A stretch of DNA of 64,000 bases from Escherichia phage VEc20, in the sequence record MN022785.1; one strand, given 5' to 3'. Below, in pieces: positions 36,906 through 47,531 of this stretch (position 1 is its first letter; each line of letters begins with the position of its first letter). Made by a program: the position numbers and the translations under genes. A model generated the notes under the pieces. It did no database searches, was not told the DNA's origin, and was given only the letters and a program-made list of their open reading frames with translations.

Positions 36906-36995
36906 TGGCGGAGGCGATAGGATTTGAACCTATGAGTCGCCGGAGCGACTGCCGGTTTTCAAGACCGGTGCATTAAACCACTCTGCCACGCCTCC
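36906..36995 (-). tRNA. tRNA-Ser (anticodon UGA), type II
   Basis: 90 nt, variable-arm hairpin, anticodon loop CUUGAAA. Confidence 0.8.
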
Positions 36996-36997
36996 AG

Positions 36998-37071
36998 TCT
37001 CCGTGGCAGGATTTGAACCTACGACATTCTGCTCCCAAAGCAGACGCTCTACCAAACTGAGCTACACGGAG
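36998..37071 (-). tRNA. tRNA-Pro (anticodon UGG), CCA not encoded
   Basis: Anticodon loop UUUGGGA; 3' end 2 nt from the tRNA-Ser 5' end (Pro-Ser dimeric precursor as in T4). Confidence 0.8.
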
Positions 37072-37081
37072 TAAATTAAAT

Positions 37082-37155
<74 letters not shown>

Positions 37156-37160
37156 AAATT

Positions 37161-37247
37161 TGGTGCGAGAAGTGGGACTCGAACCCACAAGGAAATCATT
37201 CCGCAGCATTTTAAGTGCTGTGCCTTTACCAATTTGACCATTCTCGC
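37161..37247 (-). tRNA. tRNA-Leu (anticodon UAA), type II
   Basis: 87 nt, perfect acceptor, anticodon stem CAGCA/TGCTG, loop CUUAAAA. Confidence 0.8.
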
Positions 37248-37248
37248 G

Positions 37249-37321
37249 CTGGGAATAAAGGACTCGAACCTTTGCATCTAGCAGTCAAAGTGCTATGCCT
37301 TACCAACTTGGCTAATTCCCA
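37249..37321 (-). tRNA. tRNA-Gln (anticodon UUG), CCA not encoded
   Basis: Anticodon loop CUUUGAC; 3' end abuts the tRNA-Leu 5' end (Gln-Leu dimeric precursor as in T4). Confidence 0.8.
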
Positions 37322-37418
37322 ATTATTAACAAAGGCTCTCTAACAAGAACCCTTGATGATAGAGGGTATTAATCAGTGCGGTATGAGTTAATAATAACAA
37401 ATAATTCTTAAAGCATAT

Positions 37419-37706
37419 TTACCATTTATGATAATACGTATTTACGATACATTCAAGACCCAAAGGATTCTTGAAAATATTATATTCAAGAGGACCTTTT
37501 TCCGTTTCAATAAAGAAATCAAAGTTAACTGTGTTAAATTTACGGTCTTCCTTCACTAATTTAACTTGAGAAGATGAACGGTCAATGTAAACCTTTTCAA
37601 CTTCAAAACAGGTTAAAATGCCATAATCATCAATCAAGGCTTTAGCTGCTTCTTGATCATATTTATATCCATTTTCAATGGATGATACTTTAGCATAAAG
37701 AATCAT
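37419..37706 (-). CDS. Hypothetical protein
   Basis: 95-aa ORF. Confidence 0.5.
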   Translation of the reverse strand: MILYAKVSSIENGYKYDQEAAKALIDDYGILTCFEVEKVYIDRSSSQVKLVKEDRKFNTVNFDFFIETEKGPLEYNIFKNPLGLECIVNTYYHKW

Positions 37707-37708
37707 TA

Positions 37709-38107
37709 TCAGCCTTCATCAACAATAGTATGAGTATTGGCATTTACGATTTGCCACCAGTCAAAGCGATTAGAACCCATCGGTTTGTTTTCATTTTCTT
37801 TGATAATGTCACGGAGTTCATCTTCAGAGAATGCTTTAGCGATTAAATCGGTATACCCACCACGTGGATAATAATTATCACCTGCAAACAAAAGGAAATT
37901 TACCTTCCCGGAAGGAACATATGCTTCCTTAGGATACTTGTTTCCTGCGTGGTCAACCACTTCAATATAACGGTAAGGAATATCGGTTCTTTCAACCCAT
38001 TGCCATGCCGCCGCAGGGGAATCGAAAGCATCTACACCTAAACGATTATCTTCATCTTTAGACGGATTATTTTCGTAATCCGCATATACATAATATTCAA
38101 CGTTCAT
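37709..38107 (-). CDS. Hypothetical protein
   Basis: 132-aa ORF; ATGA overlap with the downstream gene. Confidence 0.5.
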   Translation of the reverse strand: MNVEYYVYADYENNPSKDEDNRLGVDAFDSPAAAWQWVERTDIPYRYIEVVDHAGNKYPKEAYVPSGKVNFLLFAGDNYYPRGGYTDLIAKAFSEDELRDIIKENENKPMGSNRFDWWQIVNANTHTIVDEG

Positions 38108-38292
38108 TATTCACCTTTAGAAATTTTATCCATAACGATAGCAATTAAACCAATTAAAAATGCTACTACAAGTGAAAAAACATTTTCTGCCGTAGTCAAT
38201 AATCCGCATATAAATCCAACAAACATTGAAAAACTGAAAGCGGAAGCAGAAATTGCAATAGCAACATTTCGAATTAATTCACAACGTTTCAT
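38107..38292 (-). CDS. Small membrane protein
   Basis: ORF 38107..38433; start moved to MKRCELIRN because of the promoter-like element at 38320-38350; hydrophobic helices. Confidence 0.45.
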   Translation of the reverse strand: MKRCELIRNVAIAISASAFSFSMFVGFICGLLTTAENVFSLVVAFLIGLIAIVMDKISKGE

Positions 38293-38319
38293 TTTATTCT
38301 CCTCAGTAGTTGATAGGGT

Positions 38320-38350
38320 AATAGTATCACTACCCCATCTAAAAGTAAAC
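38320..38350 (-). promoter_or_regulatory. PeSL-type early promoter-like element
   Basis: GTTTAC, spacer, TACTAT with a flanking inverted repeat. Confidence 0.5.
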
Positions 38351-38584
38351 TTATTTTTTACGAAAAATTGATTTATTTTCTGCTGCCCATTTTTCAATAA
38401 CTGCAGCAGGACCAGTAACAACAATTTTATCACCGTAATCTTCTGCGGCGAGTTGACCGAAATTATCTAATGCATCACGAAGAACTCCATGAGGCATTTC
38501 ACCCATTTTATCTTTCTTGCCGGTGTAAATAAACTCAACTTTTACATCAGAAGATTCAGCGATAAACTCTTTGAAAGTTTTCAT
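38351..38584 (-). CDS. Internal-protein-like small protein with capsid-targeting sequence
   Basis: ORF 38351..38596; starts MKTFKEFIAE at the internal Met, matching the T4 IP capsid-targeting sequence pattern. Confidence 0.6.
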   Translation of the reverse strand: MKTFKEFIAESSDVKVEFIYTGKKDKMGEMPHGVLRDALDNFGQLAAEDYGDKIVVTGPAAVIEKWAAENKSIFRKK

Positions 38585-38620
38585 TTTAGTTTCCATTCGA
38601 TTGTTTTGTTTTGATAGGGT

Positions 38621-38651
38621 AATAGTATCACAACTAAAACCCTATGTAAAC
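38621..38651 (-). promoter_or_regulatory. PeSL-type early promoter-like element (repeat shared with 38952-38982)
   Basis: Shares the atgtaaacaactttgtgaaattattttaaatc block with the next element. Confidence 0.5.
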
Positions 38652-38663
38652 AACTTTGTGAAA

Positions 38664-38921
38664 TTATTTTAAATCTTCTAATCGTTTCTTCATCTTAGAA
38701 CCATTTTTAGCAATTTCTCCTGCATCGGAGCATAATGCTAAAAGTGCTTTAACTTTCGTTTGGTCTCCTTTAAAAGATGAAGGATCTACTGCAGCAGCAA
38801 GTTCTTTAATACGAGAGAAAAGACGCTCAGCTTCAGCTAAAGCCATTCCAAGCTTTACTTCCATACCGTGGGAAGATTCAGTGATAGTAGTTTTTGCAGC
38901 AAACTCTTTGAAAGTTTTCAT
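38664..38921 (-). CDS. Internal protein I-like protein with capsid-targeting sequence
   Basis: 85 aa beginning MKTFKEFAAK; lies at the T4 ipI position between the tRNAs and 57B. Confidence 0.6.
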   Translation of the reverse strand: MKTFKEFAAKTTITESSHGMEVKLGMALAEAERLFSRIKELAAAVDPSSFKGDQTKVKALLALCSDAGEIAKNGSKMKKRLEDLK

Positions 38922-38951
38922 TTTTATTTTCCTAATTAATTTTGATGAGGT

Positions 38952-38982
38952 AATAGTATCACTACCTCATCAGTATGTAAAC
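38952..38982 (-). promoter_or_regulatory. PeSL-type early promoter-like element
   Basis: GTTTACA, 17 nt, TACTAT; inverted repeat tgatgaggta/tacctcatca around the -10. Confidence 0.5.
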
Positions 38983-38994
38983 AACTTTGTGAAA

Positions 38995-39679
<685 letters not shown>

Positions 39680-39680
<1 letters not shown>

Positions 39681-40405
39681 TATAGTACCTTTAGTGTATT
39701 TTTAATTTTAGAAAAAAGTTCTTCAAGAGAACCATCGTTTGTAATTACTAAATCGCCATCACGAATTGGCAATCCAGCTTCTGTAATATGTGTATCATTG
39801 GATTTTTGACCAGGACGAACTACATGAATTACTGTAGCACCCATCGCCCTAGCCGCATCCATTTCATGATCTTGACGGGTATCAGGAACGATATAATAAT
39901 CATAACCTGAGTTAAATTTATCAAGATAATCTAAAGCAAATAATTTTACCCAGTACATGCGGTCGAAGTTATTAACAATCAAATCCGTACCTAGGGCTTG
40001 CATCAGACGACGGACTGACCATTGATCTTCAATATTATTTATAACGTCAATAATCTTGTTAAATGCTACGGAATTAACTGATTCTTGTCCTTCGTCATCA
40101 AAAACAAACACACCTTTAATTGGGCTTTTACCATTAAGATAGCAAAATGCTTGTTCCATAATCGTGATTACTTCTAATTTAGTCAGATTTAAATTAGTCT
40201 CACGATCATAGTCAATTCCTTCAAACTCTTTACGAGTTAAGCAAGGATAATCGGTGTTTGCTGCAAATACTCCCCATGCATAAGCCAATGCATCCTTAAT
40301 AGGACCAGCAAGTTGGTATTTAACTGCAGAATAATTGCTCATGATAAAATCAGCAGTAGTATCTTTTCCACTACGCTTTACACCGCTTAAAAAGATTAGT
40401 TTCAT
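39680..40405 (-). CDS. 1: Deoxynucleoside monophosphate kinase
   Basis: ORF 39680..40444; start set so the protein begins MKLIFLSGVKRSGKD (241 aa) as recalled for T4 gp1. Confidence 0.9.
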
Positions 40406-40454
40406 GTGTTTCTCCTCAAATTTAATTAAGATTATAACACACAAAACTGAAGCA

Positions 40455-40985
40455 TTAAACTTCCGCTATAATTTTTCCATCTTTTTCTACTTGAAAATAC
40501 GTATAAGGAATCGTTGCTGTACATACTAAAGCCGGGTCTGAATCTTCTGTGTAGCTAAATTCTACTTCAGATAGGTCAGAAACCCAAGGCTTATAAAAAT
40601 TTATTGACATCACGATTTCAGTTTTGCTATTATCTAAAATGTAAAGCGTAATGTATTCAGGACCTGTTTTTTGGGCAGTATTTTCACCTGTAAGATAGTT
40701 GCTAGTTCCTAGCATCCATTCATACATTCCTATCCATGACTTAAGTTCTTCATCAACTATAAATCTCACGATGAGTGGATCGTACTCAAATGTAGCACCT
40801 GGACGTTGTGCTCGGCCCAGTCCAAACGGCCCAGTCACGGTATCGGTAACAGGTATCCTAATTCCAGGAATAGGAACTGACTGAGCATTTAAAGTAAAAG
40901 CAGATGTAGTATTACTATGTGGTATTGATACTACAAAGTTAGTTGTATTTGCTTGGTTAAAAATTTGTTGCAGTGCTTGCGACAT
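40455..40985 (-). CDS. 3: Tail tube terminator / sheath stabiliser gp3
   Basis: ORF 40455..41066; internal start giving 176 aa (MSQALQQIFNQ...) to match T4 gp3 size. Confidence 0.8.
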   Translation of the reverse strand: MSQALQQIFNQANTTNFVVSIPHSNTTSAFTLNAQSVPIPGIRIPVTDTVTGPFGLGRAQRPGATFEYDPLIVRFIVDEELKSWIGMYEWMLGTSNYLTGENTAQKTGPEYITLYILDNSKTEIVMSINFYKPWVSDLSEVEFSYTEDSDPALVCTATIPYTYFQVEKDGKIIAEV

Positions 40986-41091
40986 ATATTCCTCATAATG
41001 CTTTATAACTGTTGGTGGTATAATGGGTCTAAGTCCCTTCCATTCAATTCCATTTAGAACAAACAACAGAAAAGAATGGAAGATAATAGAA

Positions 41092-41916
41092 TTAGATATT
41101 TGACCAGACTTTGTTTGCAGAGAAACGTTTTCCTTTTGAAACGAACTGCTGAAGTGGCATTAACACAACGTTCGCCCAGTCTTTCGGGGCGATTTCAACA
41201 AGGCTACCCATAATATTACCAGGTATATATGCCTTAATCATTTGGTCTGCACCCCTAAATCCTTTCACTTGACTCCAATCAATTTTTAATTTCGTTTTAT
41301 TAGTAATAGTAGGTGTATTTGCATATTGCTTTAAAAGCTCTTCTAGAAACTGTTGACGAGCTTTAGGTGGAATATAGTGCAAGTTTAATCCATACATTAA
41401 ATTATGCTTACCTAAACCAAGGTAAATTATCAAAGGAAATTTATCCCAGTAAGGAAGAGTTTCCTTGTGTTTAGCATCATAAGCAAAAGCATATATTCGT
41501 CCCGGCTGCGGGCGAACAACTTTATGTCCTTTTACTTGCTTAATAGTTTCAGCAAACCATTTTCTGGTTTTATTATTAATTGCTGCGCCTTCATTACGAA
41601 TTTTATCACGCAATGTTTGTCTGAATGAATTTATCATAAGCAGTTGTCTTTCTTGCTTATTGAGTTTATTCATTGGTTTTGATTCAAGCTTTTGAATCTT
41701 TTCAGCCGTTTTAATTCCTGAAGCATATTTTGACATTGCTGAAGTAAACGTAGAGTATTTGATTCCTCTTTCTTCAGCAAATTGCTTTCCTGTCATTCCT
41801 TTTGCTTTGGCCTTTTTATATTCAAGACCTATCTGAATCCATTTCTTTTCGTTTAATGATTGCTTAACCTTTGGAATTTGGGGAGTGCTTTCATTAATTA
41901 TTTGAAAAATAGCCAT
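41092..41916 (-). CDS. 2: DNA end-protector protein gp2
   Basis: 274 aa, position between genes 3 and 4. Confidence 0.85.
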   Translation of the reverse strand: MAIFQIINESTPQIPKVKQSLNEKKWIQIGLEYKKAKAKGMTGKQFAEERGIKYSTFTSAMSKYASGIKTAEKIQKLESKPMNKLNKQERQLLMINSFRQTLRDKIRNEGAAINNKTRKWFAETIKQVKGHKVVRPQPGRIYAFAYDAKHKETLPYWDKFPLIIYLGLGKHNLMYGLNLHYIPPKARQQFLEELLKQYANTPTITNKTKLKIDWSQVKGFRGADQMIKAYIPGNIMGSLVEIAPKDWANVVLMPLQQFVSKGKRFSANKVWSNI

Positions 41917-42368
41917 TATGCCCCCTTAAAGCCAAGAGCTCGTAATCCATCTTCTGTTAAAATTCTAAATTTTATTCCACGCTTTTCAGCTAAAGATTGT
42001 GCTGCTTTCCATTTGTCGGTATTAACAGAATATGTATAAATTTCATTCATAAATCTTTTCTTCGCTGCTGTTGTTAGATGTGCTGGTTTAACTGGTGGTT
42101 GTGTTTCTTTTTTAGGTTTTATTTCAATAAAAAATTCTTGTCCAGAAGAATCTTTCATCCAAATATCCATGAAGTATCTACGTTTTTTCCCTTCTGCATT
42201 ACAAAAATAAGGAATTACTGCTGTTTCACTACCCCATGCAATAATTTCTGGATTTTTATCTAACCATTCAAAAAAGAATTTTTCCCAATTTGATCTATAC
42301 GTAATTTTTTTAGGGTCACCTCTATACTTTGATATATTTTTAGGAACCCATTTTCCAGAATATGCCAT
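41916..42368 (-). CDS. 4: Head completion protein gp4
   Basis: 150 aa, ATGA overlap with gene 2. Confidence 0.85.
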   Translation of the reverse strand: MAYSGKWVPKNISKYRGDPKKITYRSNWEKFFFEWLDKNPEIIAWGSETAVIPYFCNAEGKKRRYFMDIWMKDSSGQEFFIEIKPKKETQPPVKPAHLTTAAKKRFMNEIYTYSVNTDKWKAAQSLAEKRGIKFRILTEDGLRALGFKGA

Positions 42369-42379
42369 TGGATTCTCCT

Positions 42380-42387
42380 TATAAATA
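42380..42387 (+). promoter_or_regulatory. Late promoter TATAAATA for gene 53
   Basis: Exact TATAAATA 36 nt upstream of the gene 53 ATG. Confidence 0.6.
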
Positions 42388-42395
42388 GATAATAT

Positions 42396-42403
42396 ATTTA
42401 TAA
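42396..42403 (-). promoter_or_regulatory. Late promoter TATAAATA (minus strand) for genes 4-2-3
   Basis: Reverse complement of TATTTATA, about 28 nt upstream of the gene 4 start. Confidence 0.55.
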
Positions 42404-42415
42404 ACAGGAGGGCCC

Positions 42416-43006
42416 ATGCTCTTTACATTTTTTGATCCGATTGAATATGCGGCCAAAACGGTGAATAAAAACGCGCCGACTATTCCTATGACAGATATTT
42501 TTAGAAACTATAAAGACTATTTTAAACGCGCTCTTGCGGGATACCGCTTACGTACTTATTATATCAAAGGTTCACCCCGCCCGGAAGAATTAGCAAATAC
42601 TATATATGGAAATCCACAATTGTATTGGGTTTTATTGATGTGTAATGATAATTATGACCCGTATTATGGATGGATTACTTCACAAGAAGCAGCTTATCAA
42701 GCATCTATACAAAAATACAAAAATGTAGGTGGAGACCAAATAGTATATCATGTGAATGAGAACGGCGAAAAATTTTATAATTTAATATCATACGATGATA
42801 ATCCATATGTTTGGTATGACAAAGGCGATAAAGCTAGAAAATATCCTCAATATGAAGGAGCACTTGCTGCTGTTAATACGTATGAAGATGCTGTTCTTGA
42901 AAATGAAAAACTTCGTCAAATAAAAATAATAGCAAAATCAGACATCAATTCATTTATGAACGACCTTATACGTATAATGGAGAAATCTTATGGAAATGAT
43001 AAGTAA
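42416..43006 (+). CDS. 53: Baseplate wedge protein gp53
   Basis: 196 aa as in T4. Confidence 0.9.
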   Translation: MLFTFFDPIEYAAKTVNKNAPTIPMTDIFRNYKDYFKRALAGYRLRTYYIKGSPRPEELANTIYGNPQLYWVLLMCNDNYDPYYGWITSQEAAYQASIQKYKNVGGDQIVYHVNENGEKFYNLISYDDNPYVWYDKGDKARKYPQYEGALAAVNTYEDAVLENEKLRQIKIIAKSDINSFMNDLIRIMEKSYGNDK

Positions 43007-44717
43007 TAACCTTAATTGGTTTGTTGGTGTTGTTGAAGATAGAATGGACCCATTAAAATTAGGTCGTGTTCGTGTTCGTGTGGTTGGTCTGCATCCACCT
43101 CAAAGAGCACAAGGCGATGTAATGGGTATTCCAACTGAAAAATTACCATGGATGTCAGTTATTCAACCTATAACTTCTGCAGCAATGTCTGGAATTGGAG
43201 GTTCTGTTACTGGACCGGTAGAAGGAACTAGAGTTTATGGTCATTTTTTAGACAAATGGAAAACTAACGGAATTGTCCTTGGCACGTATGGTGGAATAGT
43301 TCGCGAAAAACCGAATAGACTTGAAGGATTTTCTGACCCAACTGGGCAATATCCTAGACGTTTAGGAAATGATACTAATGTATTAAACCAAGGCGGAGAA
43401 GTAGGATATGATTCGTCTTCTAATATTATCCAAGATAGCAATCTAGACACTGCGATAAATCCTGATGATAGACCGCTATCAGAGATTCCAACTGATGATA
43501 ATCCAAATATGTCAATGGCTGAAATGCTTCGCCGTGATGAAGGATTAAGACTAAAAGTCTATTGGGATACAGAAGGATATCCGACAATTGGTATTGGTCA
43601 TCTTATCATGAAGCAGCCAGTTCGTGATATGGCTCAAATTAATAAAGTTTTATCGAAACAAGTTGGTCGTGAAATTACTGGAAACCCAGGTTCTATTACA
43701 ATGGAAGAAGCGACGACTTTATTTGAACGTGATTTGGCTGATATGCAAAGGGATATTAAATCACATTCTAAAGTAGGACCAGTCTGGCAAGCTGTCAACC
43801 GTTCTCGTCAAATGGCATTAGAAAATATGGCGTTTCAGATGGGTGTTGGCGGTGTAGCTAAATTTAACACAATGTTAACTGCTATGTTAGCAGGAGATTG
43901 GGAAAAAGCATATAAAGCCGGTCGTGATTCATTGTGGTATCAACAAACAAAAGGCCGTGCATCCCGTGTTACCATGATTATTCTTACAGGTAATTTGGAA
44001 TCATATGGTGTTGAAGTGAAAACCCCAGCTAGGTCTCTATCAGCAATGGCTGCTACTGTAGCTAAATCTTCTGACCCTGCTGACCCTCCTATTCCAAATG
44101 ACTCGAGAATTTTATTCAAAGAGCCAGTTTCTTCATATAAAGGCGAATATCCTTATGTGCATACAATGGAAACTGAAAGCGGACATATCCAAGAATTTGA
44201 TGATACCCCTGGGCAAGAACGATATAGATTAGTTCATCCAACTGGAACTTATGAAGAAGTATCACCGTCAGGAAGAAGAACAAGAAAAACTGTTGATAAT
44301 TTGTATGATATAACCAACGCTGATGGTAATTTTTTGGTAGCCGGTGATAAAAAGACTAACGTCGGTGGATCAGAAATTTATTACAACATGGATAATCGTC
44401 TTCACCAAATAGATGGAAGCAATACAATATTTGTACGTGGCGATGAAACTAAGACGGTTGAAGGTAATGGAACTATCCTAGTTAAAGGTAATGTTACTAT
44501 TGTAGTTGAAGGTAATGCTGACATCACAGTTAAAGGAGATGCTACCACTTTAGTTGAAGGTAATCAAACTAATACAGTAAATGGAAATCTTTCTTGGAAA
44601 GTTGCTGGGACAGTTGATTGGGACGTTGGTGGTGATTGGACAGAAAAAATGGCATCTATGAGTTCTATTTCATCCGGTCAATACACAATTGATGGATCGA
44701 GGATTGACATTGGCTAA
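42990..44717 (+). CDS. 5: Baseplate hub/tail lysozyme gp5 (cell-puncturing device)
   Basis: 575 aa; central lysozyme domain (MAEMLRRDEGLRLKVYWDTEGYPTIGIGHL) and C-terminal VEGN beta-helix repeats. Confidence 0.95.
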   Translation: MEMISNNLNWFVGVVEDRMDPLKLGRVRVRVVGLHPPQRAQGDVMGIPTEKLPWMSVIQPITSAAMSGIGGSVTGPVEGTRVYGHFLDKWKTNGIVLGTYGGIVREKPNRLEGFSDPTGQYPRRLGNDTNVLNQGGEVGYDSSSNIIQDSNLDTAINPDDRPLSEIPTDDNPNMSMAEMLRRDEGLRLKVYWDTEGYPTIGIGHLIMKQPVRDMAQINKVLSKQVGREITGNPGSITMEEATTLFERDLADMQRDIKSHSKVGPVWQAVNRSRQMALENMAFQMGVGGVAKFNTMLTAMLAGDWEKAYKAGRDSLWYQQTKGRASRVTMIILTGNLESYGVEVKTPARSLSAMAATVAKSSDPADPPIPNDSRILFKEPVSSYKGEYPYVHTMETESGHIQEFDDTPGQERYRLVHPTGTYEEVSPSGRRTRKTVDNLYDITNADGNFLVAGDKKTNVGGSEIYYNMDNRLHQIDGSNTIFVRGDETKTVEGNGTILVKGNVTIVVEGNADITVKGDATTLVEGNQTNTVNGNLSWKVAGTVDWDVGGDWTEKMASMSSISSGQYTIDGSRIDIG

Positions 44718-44727
44718 TATACTTCCA

Positions 44728-45246
44728 ATGAGCGCTGATTTAGGAGAATCCATGGAAGGTTCTTCTATCGACGTCACCTTTACCGCTCAATTAGAAACAG
44801 GTGAAACGTTAGTATCTATAAATATAACTAGTTACGAAGAAACTCCTGGGGTTTTAGTAGAAGAAAATCGCTTATATGGAACATATGAATCTGTGTTTGG
44901 ATTTGGAAATGACGCGTTGAAATATCGTTTAGGCGATGAATTTAAAACTGCTGCTTCATGGGAAGAACTTCCTACTGATTCTGATACTCAGCTGTATTTG
45001 TGGAAAGCTCCTCAAAATCTCCAGAAGACATTCACTTACGAAGTAACATTAATATATGACTACCAAGAACAAAGTGAATCTGGAGGTTCTGGTAGTAATT
45101 CTAGGTCATCTTCTGATACTACTGAACCGACGGATCCTCCTGCTCCAGTAAGAAAAACACTTGTTAAAAATTATACTAAAACTATAGTTGGAAATTGGAG
45201 TCGTTGGGCTAATAAACTGAGAAGCTATGTATATGAGAGGCCATAA
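44728..45246 (+). CDS. gp5.1-like hypothetical protein
   Basis: ORF 44689..45246; start placed after the gp5 stop; an alternative ATG at 44752 has a better AGGAG. Confidence 0.5.
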
Positions 45247-45540
45247 ATGTCAGGATTAAGTTATGATAAGTGTGTTACTGCTGGCCATGAAGCGTGGCCT
45301 CCAACAGTTGTGAATGCTACGCAAAGTAAAGTATTCACTGGAGGAATTGCTGTTCTAGTAGCAGGCGATCCAATTACAGAACATACAGAAATTAAAAAGC
45401 CATATGAAACACATGGCGGAGTGACACAACCTAGAACTTCTAAGGTATATGTCACTGGAAAGAAAGCTGTTCAAATGGCTGATCCAATATCATGCGGTGA
45501 TACTGTGGCTCAGGCATCATCTAAAGTATTCATTAAATAG
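45247..45540 (+). CDS. 5.4: PAAR-repeat spike-tip protein gp5.4
   Basis: 97 aa, PAAR-like. Confidence 0.8.
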
Positions 45541-45548
45541 GATTTAAA

Positions 45549-47531
45549 ATGGCAAATACCCCTGTAAATTATCAATTAACAAGAACAGCAAATGCTATTC
45601 CCGAGATATTCGTCGGGGGTACGTTTGCTGAAATAAAACAAAACCTCATTGAATGGCTTAATGGCCAAAATGAATTTTTGGATTATGATTTTGAAGGCTC
45701 AAGATTAAACGTTCTGTGTGACCTTTTGGCTTATAATACGCTGTACATTCAGCAGTTTGGTAATGCTGCTGTATATGAAAGCTTTATGCGTACTGCTAAC
45801 TTACGAAGCTCAGTTGTTCAAGCTGCACAAGATAACGGATATTTACCTACTTCAAAATCCGCTGCGCAAACCGAAATTATGTTAACATGCACCGACGCAT
45901 TGAATAGGAATTACATTACAATTCCTCGCGGAACTCGCTTTTTAGCATATGCAAAAGATACTTCTGTTAATCCATATAACTTCGTTTCTACCGAAGACGT
46001 TATTGCTATTCGTGATAAAAATAACCAATATTTTCCACGTTTAAAATTGGCCCAGGGACGTATAGTAAGAACTGAAATCATTTATGATAAATTAACACCT
46101 ATTATCATTTATGACAAAAATATAGATAGAAACCAAGTTAAGCTGTATGTTGATGGAGCAGAATGGATTAACTGGACAAGAAAGTCAATGGTTCATGCTG
46201 GTTCTACATCAACAATTTACTACATGCGTGAAACTATTGATGGAAATACTGAATTTTATTTTGGTGAAGGTGAGATTTCCGTTAATGCGGCAGAAGGAGC
46301 ATTGACTGCTAATTATATTGGAGGTCTTAAACCTACTCAGAACTCTACGATTGTTATTGAGTACATCAGTACTAACGGTGCAGATGCGAATGGCGCAGTC
46401 GGATTTTCATATGCAGATACATTGACAAATATAACTGTCATCAACATTAATGAAAACCCAAATGATGACCCAGATTTTGTTGGAGCAGACGGCGGCGGTG
46501 ACCCAGAAGATATTGAGCGTATTCGCGAATTGGGTACTATTAAACGCGAAACCCAGCAACGCTGCGTAACTGCGACTGACTATGATACATTCGTTTCAGA
46601 GAGATTTGGTTCTATTATTCAGGCAGTTCAGACTTTCACTGATTCTACTAAACCTGGGTATGCATTTATTGCTGCTAAACCTAAATCAGGTCTGTATTTA
46701 ACTACCGTACAGCGTGAAGATATTAAAAATTATCTCAAAGACTATAATTTAGCTCCTATTACACCATCAATTATTTCTCCTAATTACCTTTTTATTAAGA
46801 CTAATTTAAAAGTCACATATGCTTTAAATAAGCTGCAAGAATCCGAACAGTGGCTCGAAGGTCAAATAATTGATAAAATTGATCGTTATTATACCGAAGA
46901 TGTAGAAATTTTTAACTCATCTTTCGCTAAATCTAAGATGTTGACTTACGTAGATGATGCAGATCATTCTATCATTGGCTCATCAGCGACAATTCAAATT
47001 GTTCGTGAAGTACAAAACTTCTATAAAACACCTGAAGCAGGTATTAAATACAATAATCAAATAAAAGACCGTTCTATGGAATCTAATACGTTTTCATTTA
47101 ATTCTGGACGAAAGGTTGTAAATCCTGATACTGGTTTAGAAGAAGATGTATTATATGACGTTCGTATAGTATCAACAGACCGAGATTCTAAAGGAATTGG
47201 TAAAGTTATTATTGGTCCATTTGCTTCTGGCGATGTTACAGAAAATGAAAACATTCAGCCGTATACGGGCAACGATTTTAACAAATTAGCAAATTCTGAT
47301 GGACGCGACAAATACTATGTTATCGGTGAAATAAATTATCCAGCTGACATGATTTATTGGAATATCGCTAAAATTAATTTAACATCTGAAAAATTTGAAG
47401 TTCAGACTATTGAATTATATTCTGACCCAACCGATGATGTTATCTTTACTCGCGATGGTTCACTGATTGTATTTGAAAATGACTTACGTCCACAATACTT
47501 AACTATCGATTTGGAGCCTATATCACAATGA
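45549..47531 (+). CDS. 6: Baseplate wedge protein gp6
   Basis: 660 aa. Confidence 0.9.
   Translation: MANTPVNYQLTRTANAIPEIFVGGTFAEIKQNLIEWLNGQNEFLDYDFEGSRLNVLCDLLAYNTLYIQQFGNAAVYESFMRTANLRSSVVQAAQDNGYLPTSKSAAQTEIMLTCTDALNRNYITIPRGTRFLAYAKDTSVNPYNFVSTEDVIAIRDKNNQYFPRLKLAQGRIVRTEIIYDKLTPIIIYDKNIDRNQVKLYVDGAEWINWTRKSMVHAGSTSTIYYMRETIDGNTEFYFGEGEISVNAAEGALTANYIGGLKPTQNSTIVIEYISTNGADANGAVGFSYADTLTNITVININENPNDDPDFVGADGGGDPEDIERIRELGTIKRETQQRCVTATDYDTFVSERFGSIIQAVQTFTDSTKPGYAFIAAKPKSGLYLTTVQREDIKNYLKDYNLAPITPSIISPNYLFIKTNLKVTYALNKLQESEQWLEGQIIDKIDRYYTEDVEIFNSSFAKSKMLTYVDDADHSIIGSSATIQIVREVQNFYKTPEAGIKYNNQIKDRSMESNTFSFNSGRKVVNPDTGLEEDVLYDVRIVSTDRDSKGIGKVIIGPFASGDVTENENIQPYTGNDFNKLANSDGRDKYYVIGEINYPADMIYWNIAKINLTSEKFEVQTIELYSDPTDDVIFTRDGSLIVFENDLRPQYLTIDLEPISQ

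Noticed and set aside
43241-43450. Minus-strand ORFs inside late genes (also 45261..45455, 47057..47254, 49326..49715, 50972..51307, 53392..53613, 54615..54893)
   Set aside because: All are antisense or wrong-frame within long, well-supported structural genes.
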